A stretch of 64,000 nucleotides of DNA. Origin: Bryobacterales bacterium (GTDB lineage Bacteria; Acidobacteriota; Terriglobia; Bryobacterales; Bryobacteraceae). How positions within the stretch are numbered: the first letter of the stretch is position 1; each line of letters begins with the position of its first letter. The notes beneath the pieces were generated by a model that saw only the letters and a list, made by a program, of their open reading frames with translations, did no database searches and was not told the DNA's origin. Location of the stretch: the NCBI GenBank assembly GCA_963707465.1, contig CAVPQK010000028.1, positions 33,638 to 97,637 of the forward strand, in the 5' to 3' direction. Position numbers and translations under genes: made by a program. This document shows positions 1 to 7,818 of the stretch, one piece after another.

Positions 1-349
1 GTGTGTAGGTCGTATTGGCCTGCACCGTGGCGGCGAGGTTCTGCAAGATAGAGCCGGTGGTGGACGAATTGCCAATGGCCGCGACGTACAGTCCCGTGGA
101 GGGCGCGCGCGGATACTGCGTCGTTGAGAATTTCGCCACGTCGGTGCCTGGACCGACTGTCCAGCCGGTAATTCCATATTGGCCACAATTGGCGCCGGGC
201 GAACAGGTCAAAACGTCTATGTCGAACCTCGGATTGAGAATCGGGATTGGGACGGGCGTGGTAGTAGCGGACGCTCCCCGGCGGAAGAAGAGGGTCGCGG
301 CGCCCAATACCAGCAGCATTGCTATTACTATCAGAAAACGTTTCGTCAT
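1..349 (-). CDS. Small secreted protein, paralog family (N-terminal part only; 3' end lies outside the window)
   Basis: Absent from ORF track because truncated. Reverse complement from ATG (349..347) reads MTKRFLIVIAMLLVLGAATL..PVPIPILNPRFDIDVLTCSPGANCGQYGITGWTVGPGTDVAKFSTTQYPRAPSTGLYVAAIGNSS.., collinear with ORFs 390..977 and 1082..1699. GGAG upstream of the ATG. Confidence 0.7.
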   Translation of the reverse strand, partial: MTKRFLIVIAMLLVLGAATLFFRRGASATTTPVPIPILNPRFDIDVLTCSPGANCGQYGITGWTVGPGTDVAKFSTTQYPRAPSTGLYVAAIGNSSTTGSILQNLAATVQANTTYT

Positions 350-389
350 GATGTTAGCTCCGTTCGTTAAGGCGACTCCGTTGCGCAGC

Positions 390-977
390 TTATGGAGCCG
401 TCGGCGTAGCAGTCAGTACGACATCTTGGATGTCGGCTTGTCCATTGCCCTTACTCGTTATCAGAATTTGTAACGGCTGGCCTAATTGGGCGGGAGTGGC
501 CCCGGACTTATACACGACCAGGTCGGTCACAAAAGTACCGCCCAGTGGCGTGGCTTCGTGGCCGGAGGCCAGTGACACGTTTCCCGCCAGCAGAAACGCA
601 TTGTAGCCGGTGAAATCATAATCCAAACGGGCCCCCACTTCAAGCGTCAGAGTGTAGGTCGTGTTGGCCTGCAGAGTTGCGCCTAGTTTCTGAAAGATGG
701 AGCCGGGCGCGGATGAATTGCCAATGGCCGCGACGTACAGTCCCGTGGAGGGCGCGATCATCGGATACTGCGTCGTGGTCATGATTTGCACGTTGGTCTG
801 CGGACCAATCGTCCAGCCTGTAATTCCAAATTGCCAGCAACTGGAGCCCGGCGAACAGTTCAATACGTCCATGTCGAAACTGTGATTCAGTATCGGAATT
901 TCGACTGTTTGGGCCGGGGCGGATGCAGCTGAAACAAGGGTCGCGGCGGCCCATATCAGTGAAAGCGTATGTCCCAT
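390..977 (-). CDS. Small secreted protein, paralog family (signal peptide; ILNHSFD..GITGWT..QILITSKG motifs)
   Basis: 195-aa ORF with an N-terminal hydrophobic signal (AATLVSAASAPAQ). Clear similarity along the whole length to ORF 1082..1699. GGAGG RBS (ccgttgag/ggaggaac) upstream. Confidence 0.8.
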   Translation of the reverse strand: MGHTLSLIWAAATLVSAASAPAQTVEIPILNHSFDMDVLNCSPGSSCWQFGITGWTIGPQTNVQIMTTTQYPMIAPSTGLYVAAIGNSSAPGSIFQKLGATLQANTTYTLTLEVGARLDYDFTGYNAFLLAGNVSLASGHEATPLGGTFVTDLVVYKSGATPAQLGQPLQILITSKGNGQADIQDVVLTATPTAP

Positions 978-1024
978 CGATAGTTCCTCCGTTGAGTGAC
1001 CGGAGGGCGGGCAATCCTGCTCTG

Positions 1025-1055
1025 GCCGCCTGAAAGGCGGCTGCGGCCAAGATTG
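1025..1055. repeat. Short intergenic palindromic (REP-like) element; second copy at 52303..52334
   Basis: gccgcctgaaaggcggctgcggccaagattg here versus gccgcctggaaaggcggctgcggccaagattg at 52303..52334. Contains stem-loop GCCGCC-(T)GAAA-GGCGGC. Both copies are intergenic. Confidence 0.6.
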
Positions 1056-1081
1056 CCCCCCCCAGTAGTGTTTTCGAAAGC

Positions 1082-1699
1082 TTATTCGGCCGCGGCCGTC
1101 GGCGTCTGAGTAAGCACCACGTCTGAGATATTGACCTGTCCAGTCCCCTTACTCGTGATCAGAATCTGTAAAGGCTGGCCCAGTTGAGCGGGGGTGGCCC
1201 CGGACTCATACGTGATCACTTCGGTGACGAAGTTGCCGCCCACCGGAGTCGCTTTGTTACCGGAGGCCACGACGGCGTTTCCGGCCGCCAGCGACGCCAC
1301 ATAGCCGGTGAATACCTCATCCGCACGGGCCCCGACAGTCACGGTCAGAGTGTAAGTTGTGTTGGCCTGTACCGTGGCGCCAGCCGTCTGAAAGATGGAG
1401 CCGGTTACAGATGAATTACCGATGGCCGCGACGTAAATTCCCGTGGAGGGCGCGCTGGGATATTGCGTGGTTGAGAACTTAGCCACGTAGGTGGCCGGGC
1501 CGACTGTCCAGCCCGTAATTCCATATTGGTTGCAATTGGATCCCGGTCCACACGACAAGACGTCCATGTCGAAACTGTGATTCAGGATCGTGATTGGCAC
1601 CGGCTGTGCCTGGGCAGGGGCTGCTACAAAGAGAGTCGTAGTGGCGCAAGCCAGTACTGCCACTACCAAAGGGCGGGTCATCGAAAGTACGAGTTTCAC
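1082..1699 (-). CDS. Small secreted protein, paralog family
   Basis: 205-aa ORF with a signal peptide ending AAPAQAQ. Shares PI(T/P)ILNHSFDMDVL, GITGWTVGP, STGIYVAAIGNSS, ANTTYTLT and GATPAQLGQPLQILITSKG blocks with 390..977. Confidence 0.85.
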   Translation of the reverse strand: MKLVLSMTRPLVVAVLACATTTLFVAAPAQAQPVPITILNHSFDMDVLSCGPGSNCNQYGITGWTVGPATYVAKFSTTQYPSAPSTGIYVAAIGNSSVTGSIFQTAGATVQANTTYTLTVTVGARADEVFTGYVASLAAGNAVVASGNKATPVGGNFVTEVITYESGATPAQLGQPLQILITSKGTGQVNISDVVLTQTPTAAAE

Positions 1700-1861
1700 T
1701 GAAAGTTCCTCCGTTGAGCCGGCTTCTGACTTAGTTGTAGCTGTCAGTATGGCTCGCGCTTACTCTAACACATCATGATGTTACTGTCAAAACAAAATGA
1801 CATATGACAGGGTAGCCGCCGGGAGCGGACGTACTAAACGTCACCCTCGGCAGCGCGTAGA

Positions 1862-2279
1862 CTATTTAACGGCTGTGGGCGCGGCAGTCAGTCCGCCCAA
1901 TGGCATGGCTTTGTGACTGGAGACCAGTACCACGTTTCCGGCCAGAAGAGATGCCCCGTAACCGGTAAAAGGGTAATCGGCACGCGCCCCGATCCCCAAC
2001 GTCAAGGAAGGCGCAATACACGCCGGTGGAGGGGGCGTCCGGATATTGGGTTGTCGAGGCTTTGAAGACTCCGCTGTTTGGGCCCAGCGTCCAGCCCGTA
2101 AGCCCACCTGAGGAAGCGCCCGGCGAACCGTCTAAGACATCCAGGTCAAAGGACGGATTCAAGATTGGGATGGGGATTGCCTGCGCATCGGCGGGCGTTG
2201 TGAACGAGAGGGTCGCGGCGGCCCATGCGAGTATGGCTACCGCCGGATGGCGCGCCATCGAAAGAGCAAGTTTCATCAA
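1862..2279 (-). pseudogene. Decayed copy of the secreted paralog family (frameshift plus internal deletions)
   Basis: ORF 1866..2279 matches the family only to ..STGVY and then runs out of frame. The family block LGIGARADYPFTGYGASLLAGNVVLVSSHKAMPLGG is in another frame (ORF 1862..2107). The central (GNSS..ANTTYTL) and C-terminal (QILITSKG) blocks are missing. Confidence 0.65.
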
Positions 2280-2427
2280 AGGATCCTCCGTGAGCCGGGG
2301 GTCCGATTCTGTTGTGGCTATCGGTTTTTACGGCTCGCTGGCACTTTATCACATCATGATCTGTCAGTCAAATAAGTTCGAGAAAGCGGGGCCAGGGGGC
2401 TGTGCAGGCCGGGGAGGCCTGCCCCAC

Positions 2428-3462
2428 TCAGCAGATGTGCGCGCCGCGGGTCTCCACATACAGCGCGTACAGCGATTGCGCGGCGGCCATGAACAACAGG
2501 TTGCGCCGGCTGCCGCCGAAACACAAATTCGCGCACGGTTCCGGCAGCAGGATCTGACCGATGCGCTCACCCGCGGGCGTAAAGACCTGCACGCCATCGA
2601 ATCCCGCGCCGACCCAGCCGCAGCCCGCCCAGATGTTGCCATCCACATCCGCACGGATGCCATCCGCCAGCCCCGGCTTGGTGGACACAAACTCGCGCCC
2701 GTTGCGCAGGCTGCGCGCATCGGCCACATCGTAGACGCGAATGTTGCGCGGCGCGTCGGGATAATGCGTGGCGCCGGTGTCCACGATGTACAGCTTCTTA
2801 TAGTCGGGCGAAAAACACAGTCCGTTGGGCTTGTACATTTCGTCGAGCACCATTTCCATCCTGCCGGTCTGGCCATCGATGCGGTATACCGCCTCTTTCA
2901 ACTGCATCTCCGCGCGCGACCCCTCATACGCAGCCAGGATGCCATAGCCGGGATCGGTGAACCAGATGGCGCCATCCGGGTGCACCACGATATCGTTGGG
3001 CGCGTTGAGCGGCTTGCCGTTCCATTTGTCGGCCAGAACCGTCACGGCGCCATCCGGCTCGTAGCGCACCACGCGCCGGTTCAGGTGCTCACAGGAAAGC
3101 TCGCGGTGCTGATAGTCGAACGTGTTGCCGTTGCTGTTGCCGCTGGGAGAGCGGTAGGTGCTGATGTGGCCATCCTCTTCGAGCCAGCGCATCTGCGCGT
3201 TGTTGGGGATATCGCTCCACACCAGGTAGCGCCCTACCCCGCACCACGCAGGACCCTCGGCCCACAGCATGCCCGTGCGCAGCCGCCGGATCGGCGTGTT
3301 GTTGACCTTGTATTTGGCGAAGCGCTTGTCGAGCACCAGGACGTCGGGGTCGGGGTAGCGGATCGGATCCTTGCCGCTCCAGTCGCGCTGGGCGAGGGCC
3401 AACTGGGGAGCCAGCGCGCCAAGAGCCGCCAGGAAACTGCGCCTGCTGTTTTCGATATGCAT
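2428..3462 (-). CDS. SMP-30/gluconolactonase/LRE-family beta-propeller protein with Tat-type signal
   Basis: ORF 2428..3540. Start preferred at the internal ATG 3462 (MHIENSRRSFLAALGALAP = twin-arginine signal). PNDIVVHPDGAIWFTDP, PNGLCFSPD and ADGIRADVDGNIW repeats are typical of the family. Confidence 0.8.
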   Translation of the reverse strand: MHIENSRRSFLAALGALAPQLALAQRDWSGKDPIRYPDPDVLVLDKRFAKYKVNNTPIRRLRTGMLWAEGPAWCGVGRYLVWSDIPNNAQMRWLEEDGHISTYRSPSGNSNGNTFDYQHRELSCEHLNRRVVRYEPDGAVTVLADKWNGKPLNAPNDIVVHPDGAIWFTDPGYGILAAYEGSRAEMQLKEAVYRIDGQTGRMEMVLDEMYKPNGLCFSPDYKKLYIVDTGATHYPDAPRNIRVYDVADARSLRNGREFVSTKPGLADGIRADVDGNIWAGCGWVGAGFDGVQVFTPAGERIGQILLPEPCANLCFGGSRRNLLFMAAAQSLYALYVETRGAHIC

Positions 3463-3545
3463 ACTGGAAGGCCAGTATACATCAGCGCGGGGCAGGACTC
3501 CAGCCTCGGGCGGGCGGCGCCGGCTGCCGGCTCGTATCATAAGGA

Positions 3546-4754
3546 GTGATGCGAACCCTTTCCAGAATCATCCTCCTGGCTGCCCTGTTGGCCGCCGGCC
3601 TGGCCGCCGCCAGCCGTTTCGTGCACGCCGACGGGAAACGCATCGTGGCGCCCAACGGCGAGAAGCTGCTGCTGCGCGGCATCAACCTGGGCAACTGGCT
3701 GGTGCCCGAAGGCTACATGTTTCACTTCGACAAGGGACCGGCGTCCTACCGCGAGATTTCGGCGCTGTTCAACGACCTGATCGGCCCGGTGGAGGCCGCG
3801 CGATTCTGGAAGCAGTACCGCGACGCCTACATTTCCGAAGAAGACATCCGGTTCATCCACGAAGCCGGCTTCAACAGCGTGCGCATTCCATTTCACTCCG
3901 CGCTGATCGAAGACGGCACGGCATTCCCACTGCTCGACCGGGTGATCACCTGGTGCCGGCAGCGCCATCTTTGGGTGATCCTGGACATGCACTGCGCGCC
4001 CGGCGGGCAGACCGGAACCAATATCGACGATAGCTGGGGCTATCCGTGGCTGTTCGAGAGCGAAGAACAGCAGCAGTTGGCCGCGGGATTCTGGCGCAGC
4101 ATCGCGCAGCGGTATGCCGACGAGCCCGCGGTCCTCGGCTACGATCTGCTGAACGAGCCCATTCCGCCTCCCGTGGCGCGGTTGAATCCGCGCCTGGAGC
4201 CGGTCTACCGCAAAATAACCGAAGCCATCCGGCAGGTGGATGCGAACCACGCGATCATCCTGGGCGGTGCGCAGTGGGACAGCAATTTCGATGTGTTCGG
4301 GCCGCCCTTCGACAGCAACGCGATCTACACGTTCCACAAATACTGGACCGCGCCCACCAAGGATGTGATTCAGCCGTACCTGGATTTCCGCGAGCGCTAC
4401 CGCGCGCCGATCTGGATGGGCGAATCCGGCGAAAACCAGGACGCCTGGATTGCGCAATTCCGCGCCATGCTGGAGGCGAGCGACGTTGGGTGGGCCTTCT
4501 GGCCGTACAAGAAGATGGACGCGACATCATCGCCGGTGAGCTTTGCGCGGCCCGCGCACTGGGATGAGATGGTGGCCTACGCGGCGCTCGCCGGCGGCAT
4601 AGGCGCGGCGGAAGAGAAGATGAAGAAGCGGCCCCCGACGGACCATATACGCGCGGCGATGGCCGATCTGTTGGAGCAGATCAAGTGGGAGAAGTGCCGG
4701 GTAAACGATGGGTATCTGAAGGCGCTGGGGATGCGCGACCCAACCGCGAAGTGA
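3546..4754 (+). CDS. Glycoside hydrolase family 5 (cellulase-like), secreted
   Basis: 402-aa ORF with a signal peptide. LRGINLGNWL, catalytic-acid context DLLNEP and nucleophile context IWMGESGE fit the GH5 (beta/alpha)8 fold. Confidence 0.8.
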   Translation: MMRTLSRIILLAALLAAGLAAASRFVHADGKRIVAPNGEKLLLRGINLGNWLVPEGYMFHFDKGPASYREISALFNDLIGPVEAARFWKQYRDAYISEEDIRFIHEAGFNSVRIPFHSALIEDGTAFPLLDRVITWCRQRHLWVILDMHCAPGGQTGTNIDDSWGYPWLFESEEQQQLAAGFWRSIAQRYADEPAVLGYDLLNEPIPPPVARLNPRLEPVYRKITEAIRQVDANHAIILGGAQWDSNFDVFGPPFDSNAIYTFHKYWTAPTKDVIQPYLDFRERYRAPIWMGESGENQDAWIAQFRAMLEASDVGWAFWPYKKMDATSSPVSFARPAHWDEMVAYAALAGGIGAAEEKMKKRPPTDHIRAAMADLLEQIKWEKCRVNDGYLKALGMRDPTAK

Positions 4755-4791
4755 ATCCGTGCTACGCAACCGCGCCGCTGTTCCTGGCAAC

Positions 4792-5247
4792 TCAGAGACA
4801 GCCCGTATCCGGTCGATACATCCCGACTTTCGTCAGGATCTCCGAATCGTAAGCGTCGAAGGACCTCTTGGGGTCATTGCTCCTCCTCAGCAACAGATCC
4901 GGATCGTGGCGCTCCACGGCGGCGAATTCGATCGCCACGTAAACGTATGACTCGCTGCAAAACCACGGCGGGTCCTCTCGCCCGACTTGTACGAGATCGG
5001 CAAAATCGCCCCCGGCCTCGCCGCCGCCCACTTGTCTGAAGCTGGTGTTCCTCGCTCGAAGGTAGCCTTCCACTTCTCTGCGGGTTAACCCCAGCTTCAG
5101 ATCGCGGGAATATGCACGGAGGGCGGATTGATAAGTTGCCTCGCGGTTTCTTCTTGCTTCGACTTTCCGAAGATGCCGGAAACCGGTTGCGAAGAAAATC
5201 GCAACGATCACGACGGTGACTGCGGATAACCACCGGAATCGAATCAA
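4792..5247 (-). CDS. Hypothetical single-pass membrane protein (start uncertain)
   Basis: Only the C-terminal ~150 codons of ORF 4792..5598 look coding. The upstream part overlaps the SRPBCC gene in another frame. An in-frame TTG at 5247..5245 overlaps the SRPBCC stop (TTGA). TM segment WLSAVTVVIVAIFFATGF. Confidence 0.45.
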   Translation of the reverse strand: MIRFRWLSAVTVVIVAIFFATGFRHLRKVEARRNREATYQSALRAYSRDLKLGLTRREVEGYLRARNTSFRQVGGGEAGGDFADLVQVGREDPPWFCSESYVYVAIEFAAVERHDPDLLLRRSNDPKRSFDAYDSEILTKVGMYRPDTGCL

Positions 5248-5714
5248 TTTGCGTTCAGACCTTCCAGCCGCACGTAGCTCGCTTCCATGCCGCGCTCCAT
5301 GCCGGTGGCCAGCATTTGCGCGCGCGTGGCGGCGTCGGGCAGGGTCATGCGCAGGGTCATCAAAGTGCCGTCGCCGTCCGGTTCGAACCTGCATTCCACG
5401 TGGTTGTCCGGGGTGGGGTCGGGTAAAAACATGCGTTCCACATGGACGATCCGGTGGTAGGGCTCCAGTTCCAAGTATTCCCCGGTTACATGGAATCCGG
5501 CGCCCTTGGCGTTGGTCCACTCGTAGCGTATCTTCCCACCGGGCCGCGCCTCGCTGATACAAACGGGCATCGTCCAGCCGTCGGGGCCGAGCAGCCATTT
5601 CTGGATCAGCGCCGGCTCGGTATGGGCGCGGTACACCGCCTCGGGTGGCGCGGCAAAACGCCGGGTCACCACAATATGCGTATCGCCTTCGGTCTTTAGC
5701 GTCATTTTGGTCAT
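5244..5714 (-). CDS. SRPBCC-superfamily protein (AHSA1/Aha1-like)
   Basis: 156-aa ORF. Size, the PPEAVYRAHTEP..WL pattern and the position immediately downstream of an ArsR gene (ATGA overlap at 5711..5714) match the common ArsR-AHSA1 pair. Confidence 0.75.
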   Translation of the reverse strand: MTKMTLKTEGDTHIVVTRRFAAPPEAVYRAHTEPALIQKWLLGPDGWTMPVCISEARPGGKIRYEWTNAKGAGFHVTGEYLELEPYHRIVHVERMFLPDPTPDNHVECRFEPDGDGTLMTLRMTLPDAATRAQMLATGMERGMEASYVRLEGLNAN

Positions 5715-6058
5715 CGCGTTTCCCTTTTATCTTTCCTATGTTTTGGTTTCATGTCTGCCAGAACTTCGTCGAGCCGGTCGTAGTTGCGCGTCAAAGCTTC
5801 GCGCAGCATCGCCAACCACTGATCGATCGGTTCAATGCCGGCCTCCGCCAGCCGGCAAGGGCGCTTGGCGCCCTCGACGCGGCGCACGATCAAGCCCGCG
5901 CCTGCGAGCACCTTGAGGTGCCGCGAGATGGCCGGCTGCGTCATGGCGAACGGTTCCGCCAGCTCCATCACGGTGGCTTCGCCTTTGGCCAGGCGGGCCA
6001 GAATCGCGCGCCGGGTGGGGTCGGACAGGGCGGAGAAGGCGGCATCGAGGGTTGGCAT
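5711..6058 (-). CDS. ArsR/SmtB-family winged-helix transcriptional regulator
   Basis: LSDPTRRAILARLAKGEATVMELAEPFAMTQPAISRHLKVLAGAGLI is a canonical ArsR HTH. Confidence 0.9.
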   Translation of the reverse strand: MPTLDAAFSALSDPTRRAILARLAKGEATVMELAEPFAMTQPAISRHLKVLAGAGLIVRRVEGAKRPCRLAEAGIEPIDQWLAMLREALTRNYDRLDEVLADMKPKHRKDKRETR

Positions 6059-6070
6059 TTGGGACCTCTA

Positions 6071-6109
6071 TATAATCACTATGTTATATAACTTATATGT
6101 TATAGTCAA
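6071..6109 (-). promoter_or_regulatory. Putative promoter/operator of the arsR-SRPBCC operon
   Basis: AT-rich island in a GC-rich genome directly upstream of the arsR start. The minus strand reads TTGACT-N17-TAACAT. A perfect 10-bp palindrome GTTATATAAC (6083..6092) overlaps the spacer/-10. Confidence 0.35.
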
Positions 6110-6246
6110 GGAAAATCTTTCCCGCTGCGCTTATTTCTTGCCATCCCTACCGAACTGGAAGTTCTAAGGACCTAAAGTTCCTCTCCGCGCCCGCCGATCA
6201 CGTTTGCAAGAGGACGTCAACCAGACGTCCAACCAGGAGTTGGATA

Positions 6247-7527
6247 GTGTCGATCAAAGGAAAAATCATCGCGGTAGTAACCGGAACCCTTCTGGTAGGG
6301 GTCGCGGTCATGGGCTATCTGTTCAACCTGAACTACCGCGAGCAGGTGGCGCGCACCTCGGACGTAACCCTGCGCGGGTCCCGCGGCGCATTTGAGAACT
6401 TGCGCAAGGACAGCATGGACATGATGGCCGCGGCGTTGGAGGCCATGGCTTCGAACGAGGAGATCAACGCCGCGCTGGCCCATCGCGACCGCGGACAGTT
6501 GCTGAAGGCGGTCGCCCCGCTGTACCGGAGCTACCACGCGCAGTATGGCATCACGCACTGGTTTTACTGGGAGCCCGAGCCGGCCGGACAAGCCGAAGTC
6601 AAGGGTCTGGTGAACTTTCTGCGCGCGGCCACGCCGAACATCCATGGCGATCTGGTGGAGCGGGTGATGTTGGTCCAGGTCGCCCGGGACAAAGCTCTGG
6701 TGAGCGGGCTCGAGATGGGGATTACCGGCTTCGCCTTCAGGGTGGTGACGCCGGTGTATTGGAGAGGCAAGCTGTGCGGGTACTTCGAAATCGGCAAGGA
6801 TATCGGGAATTTCCTGGTCAGCATGAAACAGCAATCCGGCAATGATTACGGCCTGTTGCTTCTGAAGTCGCGGATGGACGCGGCGAAGTGGCGGTCGAGC
6901 CGCAAAAACTGGGGGCAACGGGACAATTGGGACGACATGAAAGACCTGCTGCTGGCCAAGAACACATACTCCGACGAGTCGATCCTCCGGTACGACGGCA
7001 GCCTCGACGGGATACCGGAGAGCGGCCAGGATCTCGGCTTGGTCGAACGCCACGCTGCCATCTACAGCCGGGGGGTGTTTCCGCTTTACGCGGCCGGCGG
7101 CGCCAAGGTCGGCGCGGTCTTCGTATTAAGCGACATCACCGCGCTGTACCAATCCGCGCATCAGACGATGGTGCGGGGGGTCCTCGCGATCATGCTGCTG
7201 ATGGCCATTACCGGAGTGGTGATGTGCGTGCTCTTCAACCGGCTCATTGTGGCCCGTCTGGAGCGCCTGATTCGCATCGCGACGCGGGTGGTCGGGGGCG
7301 AATTCGATTTGGAAGTGGTGCAATCGGCTCATGATGAGGTGGGGAAGTTCGAGGAACTTTTTGAGCGATTCCGGAGGGTGTTCGTGGATCTGGTCGGTGG
7401 CATGGAAGAGCAGCCTGCGTCTGCCGCGCAACCGGAGACCGCCGGGCTTCGGAGCGGGGAGGAAAGTAACCGTGGGGCAACTATACGACAGCCGCTGCAA
7501 GCTGGACCAGGTCATTCGCGAGCGTAA
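6247..7527 (+). CDS. Membrane sensor: periplasmic Cache-like domain + HAMP, no recognisable output domain
   Basis: GTG start. TM1 IIAVVTGTLLVGVAVMGYLF, ~280-aa extracytoplasmic region, TM2 GVLAIMLLMAITGVVMCVLF, followed by a HAMP-like segment (RLERLIRIATRVVGGEFDLEV..HDEVGKFEELF). The last ~20 codons have poor third-position GC. Confidence 0.7.
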   Translation: MSIKGKIIAVVTGTLLVGVAVMGYLFNLNYREQVARTSDVTLRGSRGAFENLRKDSMDMMAAALEAMASNEEINAALAHRDRGQLLKAVAPLYRSYHAQYGITHWFYWEPEPAGQAEVKGLVNFLRAATPNIHGDLVERVMLVQVARDKALVSGLEMGITGFAFRVVTPVYWRGKLCGYFEIGKDIGNFLVSMKQQSGNDYGLLLLKSRMDAAKWRSSRKNWGQRDNWDDMKDLLLAKNTYSDESILRYDGSLDGIPESGQDLGLVERHAAIYSRGVFPLYAAGGAKVGAVFVLSDITALYQSAHQTMVRGVLAIMLLMAITGVVMCVLFNRLIVARLERLIRIATRVVGGEFDLEVVQSAHDEVGKFEELFERFRRVFVDLVGGMEEQPASAAQPETAGLRSGEESNRGATIRQPLQAGPGHSRA

Positions 7528-7672
7528 GCTAGACCAGATCAACGTCTACGGGGAAATAGGTCTGAGAGCCGGGTTCCTGGTTTCGCTCATCAGGGCGACC
7601 ACCCCTGACGACGACGCCAAGGCCCAGAAGTTCCGGAAAGCGGCCCAGGAAGTCCTCAAGGTATCGCTCTAG
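7472..7672 (+). CDS. Small hypothetical protein (66 aa), or the displaced C-terminus of the upstream sensor
   Basis: GTG at 7472 preceded by GGGGAGGAAAG. Third-position GC is high throughout this frame, unlike the overlapping tail of ORF 6247..7527. No recognisable motif. Confidence 0.35.
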   Translation: MGQLYDSRCKLDQVIRERKLDQINVYGEIGLRAGFLVSLIRATTPDDDAKAQKFRKAAQEVLKVSL

Positions 7673-7818
7673 GCGATCGCCCGCAGGATCTGGTATCGGT
7701 TGAGTGCGCGATTCCGGACCACGGGCAGTCCCGCACGCTGATGCTGCTGCTTCGCAAAGCGCACCTGGGCGAGGTCAGCGTCACCGAAGAGCGGGGCTTA
7801 AGCCCGCCCCCCACTTCC

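Noticed and set aside
2026-3549. 507-aa plus-strand ORF
   Set aside because: It is antisense to the well-supported SMP-30/gluconolactonase gene. The Arg/Ala/Gly-rich junk composition is typical of shadow ORFs in high-GC DNA, and there is no motif.
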